From Candidatus Hydrogenedentota bacterium (GTDB taxonomy: Bacteria; Hydrogenedentota; Hydrogenedentia; Hydrogenedentales; SLHB01), in contig CAVUWV010000031.1 of the NCBI GenBank assembly GCA_963745075.1, forward strand, positions 138,251-202,250: a DNA stretch of 64,000 bases, in the 5' to 3' direction. Positions 28,050-38,174 of this stretch are shown here, in pieces; position 1 is the first letter of the stretch, and each line of letters starts with the position of its first letter. The notes under the pieces were generated by a model. The model saw only the letters and a list, made by a program, of their open reading frames with translations. It had not been told where the DNA came from and did no database searches. A program made the translations under genes and the position numbers.

Positions 28050-30935
28050 GTGTTCTGTAGTCACGGGAAGTATTCCGCCCCGGCGGCGATCGTCTGCCTT
28101 CACCTATGCTGTCTATCGGGCATGGGACAGCAGCCCGCGGCCCTGCCCGATCGCATCCCCGATTCCATCAAGGTTTTTGTGCGTGACGGCCGCATGGTCC
28201 AGGTTACCGGCAGCGAGATTGCGGAATGTATCGCCAATGCGAACGTCACGGAGGAACCCGAGGAGGTCGAAGGCGCGGAAGTATTCACGCTTGGGGGTGC
28301 CGCAGACGGACGGGGCCGGGAAACGCCGGATACCGGCGCAATCGTCGGCACGTGGGACACAACGGTTACGGCGGTCCCGTCCAAGGCCGAAACAGGATTC
28401 GAGGCCGCCGGAAGTTACTGCCTGAAAATCGCCACTCCGCAGACGGACCGGTCGAACGATTCCGGATTCTTCCATCCCTCGGCGCGGTTTGTGCTTCGGG
28501 CCAACACGCGGTACCGGATTTCGTGCCGCGTGTTTTGCAGGGAACAGCGAAACCAGTTCGTATTGGCCGTTGTCGGCGAAGATCGATTTCTCAGTTCGCC
28601 CCACAGCGGGCAGCTCTGGGCGCTCGATGTGGACAATTCCGGCGAGTATTTTCGCAACACCCCGGGCGAATGGACGCAATTCACCGGCATCATCACGACG
28701 CCGGACGAGGGCGACCGCGAGTGCCAGTTGTACATACACCACGATGGCGTCGTCCCGTTGACGTGGTACCTGGACGACATTTCCCTCGTGCCGTTGCAAG
28801 AGACGACGCAGCAAGTCGAGTACCGGGCCAAGACTCCGGAGGAAGCCGCTTTGTCGTTGGCGACACTCAACGCAAACCGGGTGAATCTATACAACGGCGG
28901 GTCAACGGTACCCATCCAAATTGACAACGTCGCGGCGGATGGGAGCTTTCTGCCCGAGTCGATCATCACATTTTGGGGCGATCCCCCGTCGTCGCGAGAC
29001 GGTGGAAAGAATCTGTTTACACGCGAGAATACGTATGTTCTCCATTTCGGGTCCTCCGACCCGTTGCGGCGGTATCATTTGCAAGGTGATACGCCACCGC
29101 AGGAGCGTACCGCGGAGGTGCGGAGTTACAAACGGACGTTGCGCCTGGAAGAGGACAACCATCTTCAGTACTACCAGCAATACAAGGGCATGCCGACCGA
29201 CCGTGTGATGTGGGCAACGTTCAAGGCGCCGCCGCGGAATTCTAAAACCGTCACCCTGCCCGCGATTGCAGACCTCTCGAAAGACACCCCCCACGTCGAG
29301 GCGCGTGTGTACCTGTGGGGTGGGAGCGATCTCCCCCAAGACCCGGATCACCGTTGGGATCTTTCGCTCAACAAAGCGGAGTTGGGAACCGCGACGTGGG
29401 ACGGCTACCATCACCAAATTGTAACGGGAGAGATCGCCCCGGCCTACGTCAAGTCCAACCAGCCCAACACCTTGACGTTTATCGAGTCGAATTCGGACTC
29501 GCGCGTCGACGTAATCTCTCTGGATTATGTAGAATTTGCCTATCGAGCCCGGTTGCTGCCACAAGAGGACTTTCTCGAGTTTTCGTTGGACGCGTCCGAT
29601 ACGGCGCGAATCGTTCGAACCGAACCGGGGTTCAGCGGTCCGGATCTTCGCGTATTCTTCCACGGCCAGAACGAGGAAGTTCGTCCCGAAACGAAGGCCG
29701 AAGGGCGCGGATACGCAACGGCATTTACGCTGCCGCCAGATGCCGACCGCTGCCGCGTCGTCGGAGCCAAGGGTTTCACTCATGCGGCCCGGCTTTCGGT
29801 CGGCTACCGGAGTCATTTGCGCAATTGGGACCGGTCACCGCAGTACCTGATCATCGCGGATGCCACGTTCCTCGAGGCCTTACGCCCGCTGATCGCTCAT
29901 CGTGTTGAGCAGGGTTTGGATACGCGCGTTGTCGATGTCGATGAAATCTATGACGAATACAGCGACGGCGTGTTCGATCCGGTCGCGGTTCGGCTGTTCC
30001 TCGATGATCTGCTGGGCGACCGGGAGGGGGACCGGCCGCGGTTGCAGTACGTGTGGCTGGTCGGCGACGCAACGTATGACTACATGGGAATCCGTCCGGG
30101 ATCGCGGAATTACGTGCCGACCCATCACAGCACCGAGGCGACCATACTTCCAAACTACGCGCCGACGTTCGCTCAAGATGACTATTTTGCATTTGGGACG
30201 GAGGGGGGCGCGGTGCCGCTCGCTGCCATTGGACGCCTGCCGGCGAACCGGATCGAAACCGTCACGGCTTACGTCGAGAAGGTACTCGAATACGAGCGCC
30301 ATGCTGCGCCCCCGGAACCGTGGCGGAAACGGGCGGTGCTTATCAGTTCGAAGGATTTCAATTGGTTCTCCCACGACACTGCGGAGAACATTCTGAAGGG
30401 GTGGTCGACGGTCGAACTCACGGGCACGGGCGACGCCGGGGGCGATATTCAGTTGCGGCATACGATTGTCGACACCATCGACGCCGGTTGCGGCGTCGTG
30501 ACGTTTACGGGGCACGGCGCGTATTACGTTTGGCGAACCGGAGAAAACATGAACGACCAGCGCACGGACATGATGACCGACCGGGACATCGCCCGCCTGA
30601 CGAATCGCGGCAAATATCCTATCGTATTCACGGCCACGTGCTTCTCGGCCCTGTACGATGCGCCGATCCACGGGATGTCGCGCGTGGACTCGGGCGTAGG
30701 TATTTACTTTGTGCAAGCGCCGGGGAAAGGGGCCATTGCGCTCATTGGCCATGTCGGGAAGGTCGACGTGGCCGACGCCCACCGGTTTAATCGTTTCATA
30801 CTCAACGAGTTAGCAAATGGATCGGGGCCGAGACTCGGCGACCTCTTTCTCGCCGCTAAAGCCGCCTTTCCTCAAGATCGCTACAGCGGCATTGCTCTGA
30901 TCGGAGATCCGGCGCTGGTCGTAACGGCGAGATAA
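28050..30935 (+). CDS. Peptidase C25 (gingipain-like) family protein with N-terminal CBM-like modules
   Basis: 961 aa. 'YLIIADATFLEALRPLIAHRVEQGLDTRVVDVDEIYDEYSDG...YVWLVGDATYDY', catalytic-type 'VTFTGHGAYYVW' (His) and 'IVFTATCFSALYD' (Cys). Confidence 0.8.
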   Translation: MFCSHGKYSAPAAIVCLHLCCLSGMGQQPAALPDRIPDSIKVFVRDGRMVQVTGSEIAECIANANVTEEPEEVEGAEVFTLGGAADGRGRETPDTGAIVGTWDTTVTAVPSKAETGFEAAGSYCLKIATPQTDRSNDSGFFHPSARFVLRANTRYRISCRVFCREQRNQFVLAVVGEDRFLSSPHSGQLWALDVDNSGEYFRNTPGEWTQFTGIITTPDEGDRECQLYIHHDGVVPLTWYLDDISLVPLQETTQQVEYRAKTPEEAALSLATLNANRVNLYNGGSTVPIQIDNVAADGSFLPESIITFWGDPPSSRDGGKNLFTRENTYVLHFGSSDPLRRYHLQGDTPPQERTAEVRSYKRTLRLEEDNHLQYYQQYKGMPTDRVMWATFKAPPRNSKTVTLPAIADLSKDTPHVEARVYLWGGSDLPQDPDHRWDLSLNKAELGTATWDGYHHQIVTGEIAPAYVKSNQPNTLTFIESNSDSRVDVISLDYVEFAYRARLLPQEDFLEFSLDASDTARIVRTEPGFSGPDLRVFFHGQNEEVRPETKAEGRGYATAFTLPPDADRCRVVGAKGFTHAARLSVGYRSHLRNWDRSPQYLIIADATFLEALRPLIAHRVEQGLDTRVVDVDEIYDEYSDGVFDPVAVRLFLDDLLGDREGDRPRLQYVWLVGDATYDYMGIRPGSRNYVPTHHSTEATILPNYAPTFAQDDYFAFGTEGGAVPLAAIGRLPANRIETVTAYVEKVLEYERHAAPPEPWRKRAVLISSKDFNWFSHDTAENILKGWSTVELTGTGDAGGDIQLRHTIVDTIDAGCGVVTFTGHGAYYVWRTGENMNDQRTDMMTDRDIARLTNRGKYPIVFTATCFSALYDAPIHGMSRVDSGVGIYFVQAPGKGAIALIGHVGKVDVADAHRFNRFILNELANGSGPRLGDLFLAAKAAFPQDRYSGIALIGDPALVVTAR

Positions 30936-31003
30936 TGCGTGATTTAGTGTGAAAACTATGATATAAACAGAAAAGGTGTCGCTACCCGGTCGAAGCGAAT
31001 AAG

Positions 31004-33292
31004 ATGCATTTTTTCTGTTCGTTTCGGGCGGGCGAATTTTGGGAGTGTTTTAAGGGGTCAGTGGTGAACCAGTTTAGCGGGTTAGAACGGGGCGCACATT
31101 TCGGGAAGTACACAATCCTCGGGGAATTGGGCCGGGGCAGCATGGGAATCGTGTACCTCGTGGAAGATTCCGGATTGCATCGCGAGGTGGCCCTGAAAGT
31201 CTTGAGCGATTCCCTCAGTCGCGATTTCGGATTTCGCCAACGATTCCAACTGGAAGCGCGCTCCGTAGCGGGCCTCGCTCACCCCAATATCGTCCGCGTT
31301 CATGCATTTGAGTCGCTTAACGGATTGCTGGCGATCGAGATGGAATTGGTCGATGGCGGGAGCATGGCCGACATCATGGTGTCCAAGGGGCTCACTGTCG
31401 GTGAAGTCGCCCGGTTGTCGCACCAAATCCTGGACGCGCTGGATTGCTGTCACCAGGAGGGCTTGGTCCACCGGGACATCAAACCGACGAATATCCTAAT
31501 CGACCGGTACGGTAACGCAAAGCTGACGGATTTTGGACTGGCGAAGATTCTCGAAGGGCATCTCGAGATGTCCATGCGCGGCACCGGCTCGTCGGTGTTC
31601 TTTATGGGAACCCCCCGGTACGCACCCCCCGAAGCATGGGATTCCGCGGAGGCAACGGCTTCTTGGGACCTCTATTCGTTGGGGATGGTCATGTATCAAG
31701 CGGTCGCGGGTCATACCCCGTATGAAGCGGCAACCCCGATGGCGCTTGTCAAAGAAATGGCGACCCGACGCGTGGTTCCGCTGCAAGAAATCGCGCCACA
31801 AGTCTCGCCGGAATTCGCTCAACTCGTTGGCAGCATGACCGCGCACGAGCCGGGACAACGGCCCGAGTCGGCCCGCGCGGCCCTGGAGATGCTTCGCAAA
31901 GCACCGGAAATGAGCCACCCCCTGGACACGCGTGCGCCAACCATCGTCGCGCGGCGGGAGCGACCGAATTCGTATATCGGAACGTTTGTCAAACGGGCGC
32001 GCAAGCTGCGGTTGCGGTCGTACCATGGATTCCTTGCGGGAATCCTGATTACGCTGTTCCTCGTGGCCTGGCTGGTCCCCCACGTCGAACGCGCCAGCAC
32101 GAAGGGCGCCACGCCCGGTGTCCTCTCGACCCCTTCGGCGAAACCGGTCGCGGGGGAAACTCAGATGGGCAGATTCTGGAAGACGATGCCCGATGCGGAT
32201 ACGCTGCCGACCTTGGCAAAGTTTGACAAGGAGTCGGCACGGATCTACGACGTGTGGCGCCAAGATGCCGATAAAACCTATCCAGGCGCCCTTCTGACGT
32301 TGCCCGATTCGGCCGACGAGAATGTCCTGCAAGGATATGCCGCCTTCGAGGGAACGATTTGGGGGCTGCGTCTTTCGCCGCACGAGGATTCACTGAGCGT
32401 CGAAGGGGGTTGGGCGTCGTATGAGGGTCCGACCGGAAGTGCGCTCCGCATCGGTGGGATTCACGGAAGCGCTCGATGGTTGGTGCCGCGCAGGTCACTC
32501 TTGCTGGCGCTGGAGTTCGCGGATGAGCAGACGAACGCGACGTGGAGGGAATCCGTCTCCGCCACCGAAACCGCCCCGCCGTGTACGGATACGCGGTTTC
32601 TGCTGGATTTCGAAGCAATGCCGATGCAGCAGCCGCTGCTGTACAACGAACTTTTACCGCGACGTTTGGACTGGGCATTGGCTCTGGAGTCGCTGTTTCC
32701 CGCGATTGAAGGGGCCCGCACGAGAGTTCCGCGCGTCGCGGCGTCGGACGCAGCGGTCACCATCGACGGTGTGCCGGACGAACCGGTATGGGATCGCAGA
32801 TTTTCGGACCAACAAGGCACGATCGGCGTTTTGCGCGGCTTGCCCGGGGTTAGCAGGGCACGCATGATCCTGCGCGCCACGGAAACCGCTCTCGTAATCT
32901 GTATTCTTGTACCCCACGATGCAACCCCCAGCGACCAAGTCTCGTTGGCGTTATGCAAGGGATTCGCCATGCCCAAATCGGAAACGAGGTGGTGGCGCGC
33001 CACGTACGACCAGAACAGCGGGGTGGTGGCCGATTGTCTGGTCGCAGGACGCGTGCAACCTTGGTCGTGCACGTGGGAACTGGCATCCGGCGCAAACGCG
33101 GGAATGTGGTGCGTCGAGATGAAGATCCCGTTTGCCAGCCTGGGAGACGGACACCCGCCCGATGGGGGCGACGATTGGCACTTGAATTGTGTGGCGCGGC
33201 ACATTGAGAATCCAGCCCACCCAGTACCGGTGGCCGTCTGGGGATATCCCGTGTTGGAACAGCTCGAGCACGGAGTCATCCTGGAATTCTGA
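31004..33292 (+). CDS. Membrane Ser/Thr protein kinase with an extracytoplasmic CBM9/DOMON-like domain
   Basis: 'GRGSMGIVYLVED', 'ALKVL', 'HRDIKPTNILI', 'DFGLAK', 'YAPPE'. TM 'FLAGILITLFLVAWLV'. C-terminal 'TIDGVPDEPVWD...'. The start may be slightly downstream. Confidence 0.9.
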   Translation: MHFFCSFRAGEFWECFKGSVVNQFSGLERGAHFGKYTILGELGRGSMGIVYLVEDSGLHREVALKVLSDSLSRDFGFRQRFQLEARSVAGLAHPNIVRVHAFESLNGLLAIEMELVDGGSMADIMVSKGLTVGEVARLSHQILDALDCCHQEGLVHRDIKPTNILIDRYGNAKLTDFGLAKILEGHLEMSMRGTGSSVFFMGTPRYAPPEAWDSAEATASWDLYSLGMVMYQAVAGHTPYEAATPMALVKEMATRRVVPLQEIAPQVSPEFAQLVGSMTAHEPGQRPESARAALEMLRKAPEMSHPLDTRAPTIVARRERPNSYIGTFVKRARKLRLRSYHGFLAGILITLFLVAWLVPHVERASTKGATPGVLSTPSAKPVAGETQMGRFWKTMPDADTLPTLAKFDKESARIYDVWRQDADKTYPGALLTLPDSADENVLQGYAAFEGTIWGLRLSPHEDSLSVEGGWASYEGPTGSALRIGGIHGSARWLVPRRSLLLALEFADEQTNATWRESVSATETAPPCTDTRFLLDFEAMPMQQPLLYNELLPRRLDWALALESLFPAIEGARTRVPRVAASDAAVTIDGVPDEPVWDRRFSDQQGTIGVLRGLPGVSRARMILRATETALVICILVPHDATPSDQVSLALCKGFAMPKSETRWWRATYDQNSGVVADCLVAGRVQPWSCTWELASGANAGMWCVEMKIPFASLGDGHPPDGGDDWHLNCVARHIENPAHPVPVAVWGYPVLEQLEHGVILEF

Positions 33293-33331
33293 ACCGCGAC
33301 CTACGGGAGGCAATGAGTTCTGTACCAGCTA

Positions 33332-35143
33332 GTGGCAAAATCCGGTATCACGAAGGGCGTATCGTGGCCCCTTGCCGACAAACCGATCAGCATCGGGCGA
33401 GACCCCGGTTGCGACATCAGCATTCTGGACGGCCACGTATCGCGGCATCACTGTCAAATCGAAGCCGTAGGGGATGGGATCTTCCTGACCGATTTGGGAA
33501 GCCGCAACACCACGATCGTCAATGGGAAGCCCGTGACACGCTGCGACCTTCGGCCGGGCGATGAAATCGCGGTCGGCAACGTGCGATTGCTGGTGGCGGA
33601 GGTTGGAACGCCCGAAGCCGACAAACTCGAGGGAAGCCAACCTGGCTCCACCGTGTCGATTCGGCAATCCTCGGGGTTCTACGTCCGTGGCAAGCGAGCG
33701 GACTTTCTGGCGTCGGGCAGAACGCATACGATTTACGATCTTGCCGACCTCTATTCCATTTCCCGCACGATGTGGACGGCCGCGAGCCGCGAGGAATTAA
33801 TTGAACGAGCGGGCGAATGGCTGGTGGATCGGTTTTCCCCCAGCATCATCTGGTTGGTCACAGGAGCGGGCGGTGCGCTCGATATCCAAGAAACGTATTG
33901 CGTGCCGAACCGGAAGAAACAGCAACCGCCTCGGGAGCATTGCGAACGTGCGATCCAGACCGGCGACGGGTTGTTGGTTCCGTTGGGAAAGATTACGTCG
34001 CACGCCGAGCCGCCGGAGACGCTTTTGGTGGTGCCGTTGGTCGTCGGTCCGGAGACGGTCGGCGCAGTCGCGATTCAGTCCGATCGGGGCCGAAGCGCGT
34101 ATGATGAGGCCGATCTGGAACTGCTTTTGGCGGTAGGGTGTGTAGCCGCGCCGTGGGTTCACGCGATGGCGACCATTGAATCGCTAAAAGAGGAGACGAG
34201 CCGCTTGCGCCGGGTTCGGCCGGAATCCCCGGTGCTCATCGGGTCGGGCCGTGTCATGGAGGATGTCCGGGGCGCCATTCATAATGCGGCACAATGCGAC
34301 CTGAACGTTCTGATCCTGGGGGAAACGGGTTCGGGCAAAGATATTGCCGCACGGTTGGTTCACGACCTGGGCGCCCGTCGAAAAGCTCCATTTGTTGCAG
34401 TGAATTGTGCCGCCATTCCCAGAGAACTTTTCGAAAGCGAACTCTTCGGGTACGAGCGAGGCGCGTTTACCGGGGCGGTCCGGAGCAAGAAGGGTCTCTT
34501 GGACGAGTGCAGTGGCGGGACGCTGTTTCTGGACGAGATCGGAGATTTGAGTTCGGAGAACCAGGCCCGGTTGCTTCGCGCGATCGAAACGCACGCGTTC
34601 CGGAGATTGGGAGGGTCGGAGGAGCATCATGTCGACTTCAGGGTCGTCTCCGCGACCAATCGTTCGCTCACCCGATCCATCGCGGAGAATTCATTTCGAT
34701 CGGATCTGTACTATCGGTTAAATGCTATCGAAATTGCGATGCCGCCGCTTCGCGAGCATCTCTCGGACATACCGGAACTGGTCGACCATTTTCTGCATCT
34801 GGCGCGGTTGCGTGTCAAACGTCCGCTGAAAGGCATCACGCCCGAGGCGCTTGAGGTTCTGCAGAAACGGGGCTGGCCGGGCAATATTCGCGAGTTACGG
34901 ACTGCCGTCGAACGCGCGGCTGCAATCGCACAAGATGATATGGTGCGTCCGGAGGACTTTGCGGAGTCGCCCCGATTCTATGACCAGCGGTCATTCCCTA
35001 CATTGAGTGAATTGGAACGGAGCCACATTCTCGAAGCAATTGACAAGGCGCAGGGAAACATGACGGAGGCTGCGCGCCTTCTTGGAATCGGACGCACGAC
35101 ATTGTATGACAAGCTTTCCCGCTACAACCTGCGAACGCCTTAG
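33332..35143 (+). CDS. sigma54-dependent transcriptional activator, FHA - GAF - AAA+ - Fis-type HTH
   Basis: FHA 'SIGRDPGCDISILDGHVSRHHCQI...NTTIVNGKPV'. AAA+ 'VLILGETGSGKD', 'ESELFGYERGAFTGA' (GAFTGA), 'LFLDEIGDL'. HTH 'AARLLGIGRTTLYDKL'. Confidence 0.93.
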   Translation: MAKSGITKGVSWPLADKPISIGRDPGCDISILDGHVSRHHCQIEAVGDGIFLTDLGSRNTTIVNGKPVTRCDLRPGDEIAVGNVRLLVAEVGTPEADKLEGSQPGSTVSIRQSSGFYVRGKRADFLASGRTHTIYDLADLYSISRTMWTAASREELIERAGEWLVDRFSPSIIWLVTGAGGALDIQETYCVPNRKKQQPPREHCERAIQTGDGLLVPLGKITSHAEPPETLLVVPLVVGPETVGAVAIQSDRGRSAYDEADLELLLAVGCVAAPWVHAMATIESLKEETSRLRRVRPESPVLIGSGRVMEDVRGAIHNAAQCDLNVLILGETGSGKDIAARLVHDLGARRKAPFVAVNCAAIPRELFESELFGYERGAFTGAVRSKKGLLDECSGGTLFLDEIGDLSSENQARLLRAIETHAFRRLGGSEEHHVDFRVVSATNRSLTRSIAENSFRSDLYYRLNAIEIAMPPLREHLSDIPELVDHFLHLARLRVKRPLKGITPEALEVLQKRGWPGNIRELRTAVERAAAIAQDDMVRPEDFAESPRFYDQRSFPTLSELERSHILEAIDKAQGNMTEAARLLGIGRTTLYDKLSRYNLRTP

Positions 35144-37361
35144 CTCGGGCGCAAGCCTGCGGACTCGGATCGCATACGCGATATTCGTTGCGGCCTGGTT
35201 CCCGGGATCCGCCGTTGCGCAGGCGCCCCCATCCGCCACGTCGATGGGAGTCCCCCAGGTGTCCGTCAATGCAGGATCGGACCCCGACGGACTGGTGCAA
35301 GCGGGCCGCTATGTCTATTTTACGGCCGACGATGGCATCCACGGCCGTGAATTGTGGCGAACCGACGCGACGCCCGAGGGAACGGTGCTTGTCTGCGATA
35401 TCTGGGAAGGACCTAACGGCTCGGATCCGGTGAACCTGAGGGCGGTGGGCGATTCTGTATTCTTTTGTGCGAATAGCCAAAACCGTGTAAAGCCGACAAC
35501 ATTCTGGGTTTCGCAGGGTACGGCAGAGACCACACATTCGGTCGTGGCCGCCAACGGCCGTATCGAGATCGACCGACGGTTTTCCCATCGCGGGCTAGGA
35601 TTTGCCAATTCGACCTTTTATTTCGCGGGTCCGGCACCGGCGCCGCACAACTCCTGGCTGTGGTCGTGTGACGCGATGGGAGACGATGCGATCATGTTTC
35701 CCTTGCCAACGGAAAGCGAGGGTCCCGTGCGCATCGGCCAATTGCTGGCCAGCGAACACCGTGTTTACGTATGGGGTTCGTACAACGCCTGGCTTGAACG
35801 GGTCCGGCCCGTGGAAATGCTCTGGGCGTGGAATACATCGACGTCGAAAATGACGGCAGCTAATCTGGGGTTCAACTTCATGAGTGAAATCATGGGCGCG
35901 GTGGGCGACAACGTCCTCATGCGGGTCCGAGATGCGAAGTCCGAATACGGGTACGAGCTTTGGATATCCGATGGCACGCAGGATGGCACCCATTTGCTTG
36001 TCGATATCGATCCCGGTCCAGAGGACGGAATAGCGGTTCCCTTCGACCGGGTTTCTACCGGGGATCGCCTCTATTTTCGTGCCGACGACGGCAAGACGGG
36101 GTCGGAACTTTGGATTTCGGATGGGACGGTGGAAGGAACCCATTTGGTCAAAGACATCAATCCCGGAACGGAGAACTCCAATCCGGGCATCTTCGCAGTC
36201 GCGAACGGGCACGTGTTCTTTCAGAGTGATGACGGGAGGTCCGGCGAGGAACTCTGGGTAACTGACGGTACATCGGAAGGTACTCAGCTCGTGCGGGATA
36301 TCGACCCGGGACTCCCCGGATCAAAACCATTTGCGCTTCAGGGAGCGGGCGGCCGAATGTATTTCACCGGTGAGGACTCTCTCCATGGAGGCGAGCTGTG
36401 GGTGAGCGACGGCACCCAGCAAGGAACCCAACTGGTGAAGGATATTGTGCCGGGACGAGACGGCTCGTGGCCCCGATATAAAGCGCCACTCGGGGATAAA
36501 CTAGTCTTCACCGCCAACGATGGCATTCACGGAACAGAGATTTGGGTCACCGACGGCACCGAGGACGGGACTTTTCAGTTGAAAGACATCAACAAGCCCC
36601 GGGGCCCGAACCCCTCTTCCGATCCGCAATTCTTGACTGCGGTGGGCGATCGGGTGTTTTTCGTTGTCAGCGACGCCACCCATGGCGCCGAACTGTGGCG
36701 GAGCGACGGATCTCCTCAGGGAACATTCCTGGTGAAAGATATCTTTCCCGGTCCGCCGAGTTCGCGGCCGTCGGAACTAACGGCATTTGCGGGGCGTTTG
36801 TTTTTCCAGGCAGAAGACGGAACCCACGGACTGGAGTTATGGGTAAGCGACGGAACGGCTGACGGCACGTATATGTTGGCGGATATCGACCAAGGCGCTC
36901 CATCGTCCAGCCCCCACGACTTCGTATTAGGCACCGCGGACGTGCTCGTATTTGCCGCGAAACGGCGCGATATCGGGACCTCCCTGTTTACGCTGTCGCG
37001 CGATAACACGACGCCGGTACCGATCGGAGAAATCACAGACGATCCGCGTGGTTACGACCCAAGCAATCTGACGCCCGGTTTCATCGAAGGGGTCGGACCC
37101 TGCGTGTACTTCGTGGCAAACGATCGGATTCGTGGCAGAGAGCTTTGGTTCACCGACCTGACGAATTCCCCCGTCCTGGTTCGTGACATCCTGTCGAATC
37201 GAGAGGCTGGGTCGGATCCCGATCAGTTGACCGCCAGCGGCCATTCCTTGTTCTTCAGTGCCGAGGACGGTCTTCACGGTCGCGAACTCTTCAAGACGGA
37301 CGGAAACGCCGAGTCCACGGACATGGTTCAGGATTTGCGGCCACCGCCTGGCGGGGAGTAG
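35106..37361 (+). CDS. ELWxxDGT-repeat (beta-propeller-like) secreted protein
   Basis: More than 10 tandem ~50-aa units such as 'GSELWISDGTVEGTHLVKDINPG', 'GEELWVTDGTSEGTQLVRDIDPG', 'GAELWRSDGSPQGTFLVKDIFPG'. Signal-like 'IAYAIFVAAWFPGSAVAQ'. Start uncertain (35082/35106). Confidence 0.88.
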   Translation: MTSFPATTCERLSSGASLRTRIAYAIFVAAWFPGSAVAQAPPSATSMGVPQVSVNAGSDPDGLVQAGRYVYFTADDGIHGRELWRTDATPEGTVLVCDIWEGPNGSDPVNLRAVGDSVFFCANSQNRVKPTTFWVSQGTAETTHSVVAANGRIEIDRRFSHRGLGFANSTFYFAGPAPAPHNSWLWSCDAMGDDAIMFPLPTESEGPVRIGQLLASEHRVYVWGSYNAWLERVRPVEMLWAWNTSTSKMTAANLGFNFMSEIMGAVGDNVLMRVRDAKSEYGYELWISDGTQDGTHLLVDIDPGPEDGIAVPFDRVSTGDRLYFRADDGKTGSELWISDGTVEGTHLVKDINPGTENSNPGIFAVANGHVFFQSDDGRSGEELWVTDGTSEGTQLVRDIDPGLPGSKPFALQGAGGRMYFTGEDSLHGGELWVSDGTQQGTQLVKDIVPGRDGSWPRYKAPLGDKLVFTANDGIHGTEIWVTDGTEDGTFQLKDINKPRGPNPSSDPQFLTAVGDRVFFVVSDATHGAELWRSDGSPQGTFLVKDIFPGPPSSRPSELTAFAGRLFFQAEDGTHGLELWVSDGTADGTYMLADIDQGAPSSSPHDFVLGTADVLVFAAKRRDIGTSLFTLSRDNTTPVPIGEITDDPRGYDPSNLTPGFIEGVGPCVYFVANDRIRGRELWFTDLTNSPVLVRDILSNREAGSDPDQLTASGHSLFFSAEDGLHGRELFKTDGNAESTDMVQDLRPPPGGE

Positions 37362-37775
37362 GCTCGAGATTCCCCGGCTCACGCCGGTTGGCTGGGGGGC
37401 GGATACTGTAACGCATGTTCGGAATCCGTACAACACTATTCCGCACTTGAACAGAAATCCCAGCAGGACGAGGCTTCCTCCCCTCTCGGAGATACGAAAG
37501 TCCATCAAAAGCCAGTATCTTTTACCAGATACCTTCGCTTCGCAGTTTCAACGCATAGTTGGCATGCAACCTGCTTTATTAGAGGGCAGGTGACGCAGGG
37601 TTAACCGACACCCAAGAACGCGCATCGTACAACGGCATCAACAGCCGACCAGCCTTGCGTCATTGATTGCCTGGAGGGCAGGGCGAGAGTGACCCCCTCT
37701 CGTCCTGCCCACTCAGGCGCCTCGATAGCGACCCGGACCAGGCTGGGCCGCGAACCAGCAGGGAGCAAGCGAACG

Positions 37776-37961
37776 ATGTTCGTGATCGTTCAGGTCGATA
37801 TCCAACGTGACCAGCCGGTTCGTGTGATTCCTGTCAAGTACTCCGTTGAATCCGAGGCGCAAGCCCACGCGGAGGTGCTTACCTCTCGTGCTGGACGGCA
37901 TCGGTACGTTGTACGCACATTTTCCGAACCGTCGCCGGTTGCCGCCTCCCCTGCCCGCTGA
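37776..37961 (+). CDS. Small hypothetical protein (61 aa)
   Basis: ATG 37776 is preceded by GGGAG. 'MFVIVQVDIQRDQPVRVIPVKYSVESEAQAHAEVL...'. No homology recognised. Confidence 0.3.
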   Translation: MFVIVQVDIQRDQPVRVIPVKYSVESEAQAHAEVLTSRAGRHRYVVRTFSEPSPVAASPAR

Positions 37962-38014
37962 TACGTTTCGCGCCCCCCCAATAGCGAAGCACACGGGCGA
38001 TTAATAGCAAGCGC

Positions 38015-38046
38015 AAGTCATCCATCGCAAAAGTCATCCATCGCAA
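38015..38046. repeat. Perfect tandem duplication of the 16-bp unit AAGTCATCCATCGCAA
   Basis: 38015-38030 and 38031-38046 are identical, ~130 bp upstream of the glycosidase-like gene start. Confidence 0.9.
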
Positions 38047-38174
38047 GTTGTGCATTCCGTTTTCGTTGGTTATGATTGGACCTTCCGTCGCCGCCGAGGT
38101 CTATTGGGGTCACTTCCACGGCCGGCGGTGCGTACCCAGGCTTCGAGCCATTACACGTAGACGAGGGGGTCGAA

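Noticed and set aside
33176-33190. TGGCAC-N5-TTGT, about 140 nt upstream of the FHA-sigma54 activator gene
   Set aside because: It lacks the invariant GC of the -12 element and lies inside the kinase coding region, so it is likely a chance match.
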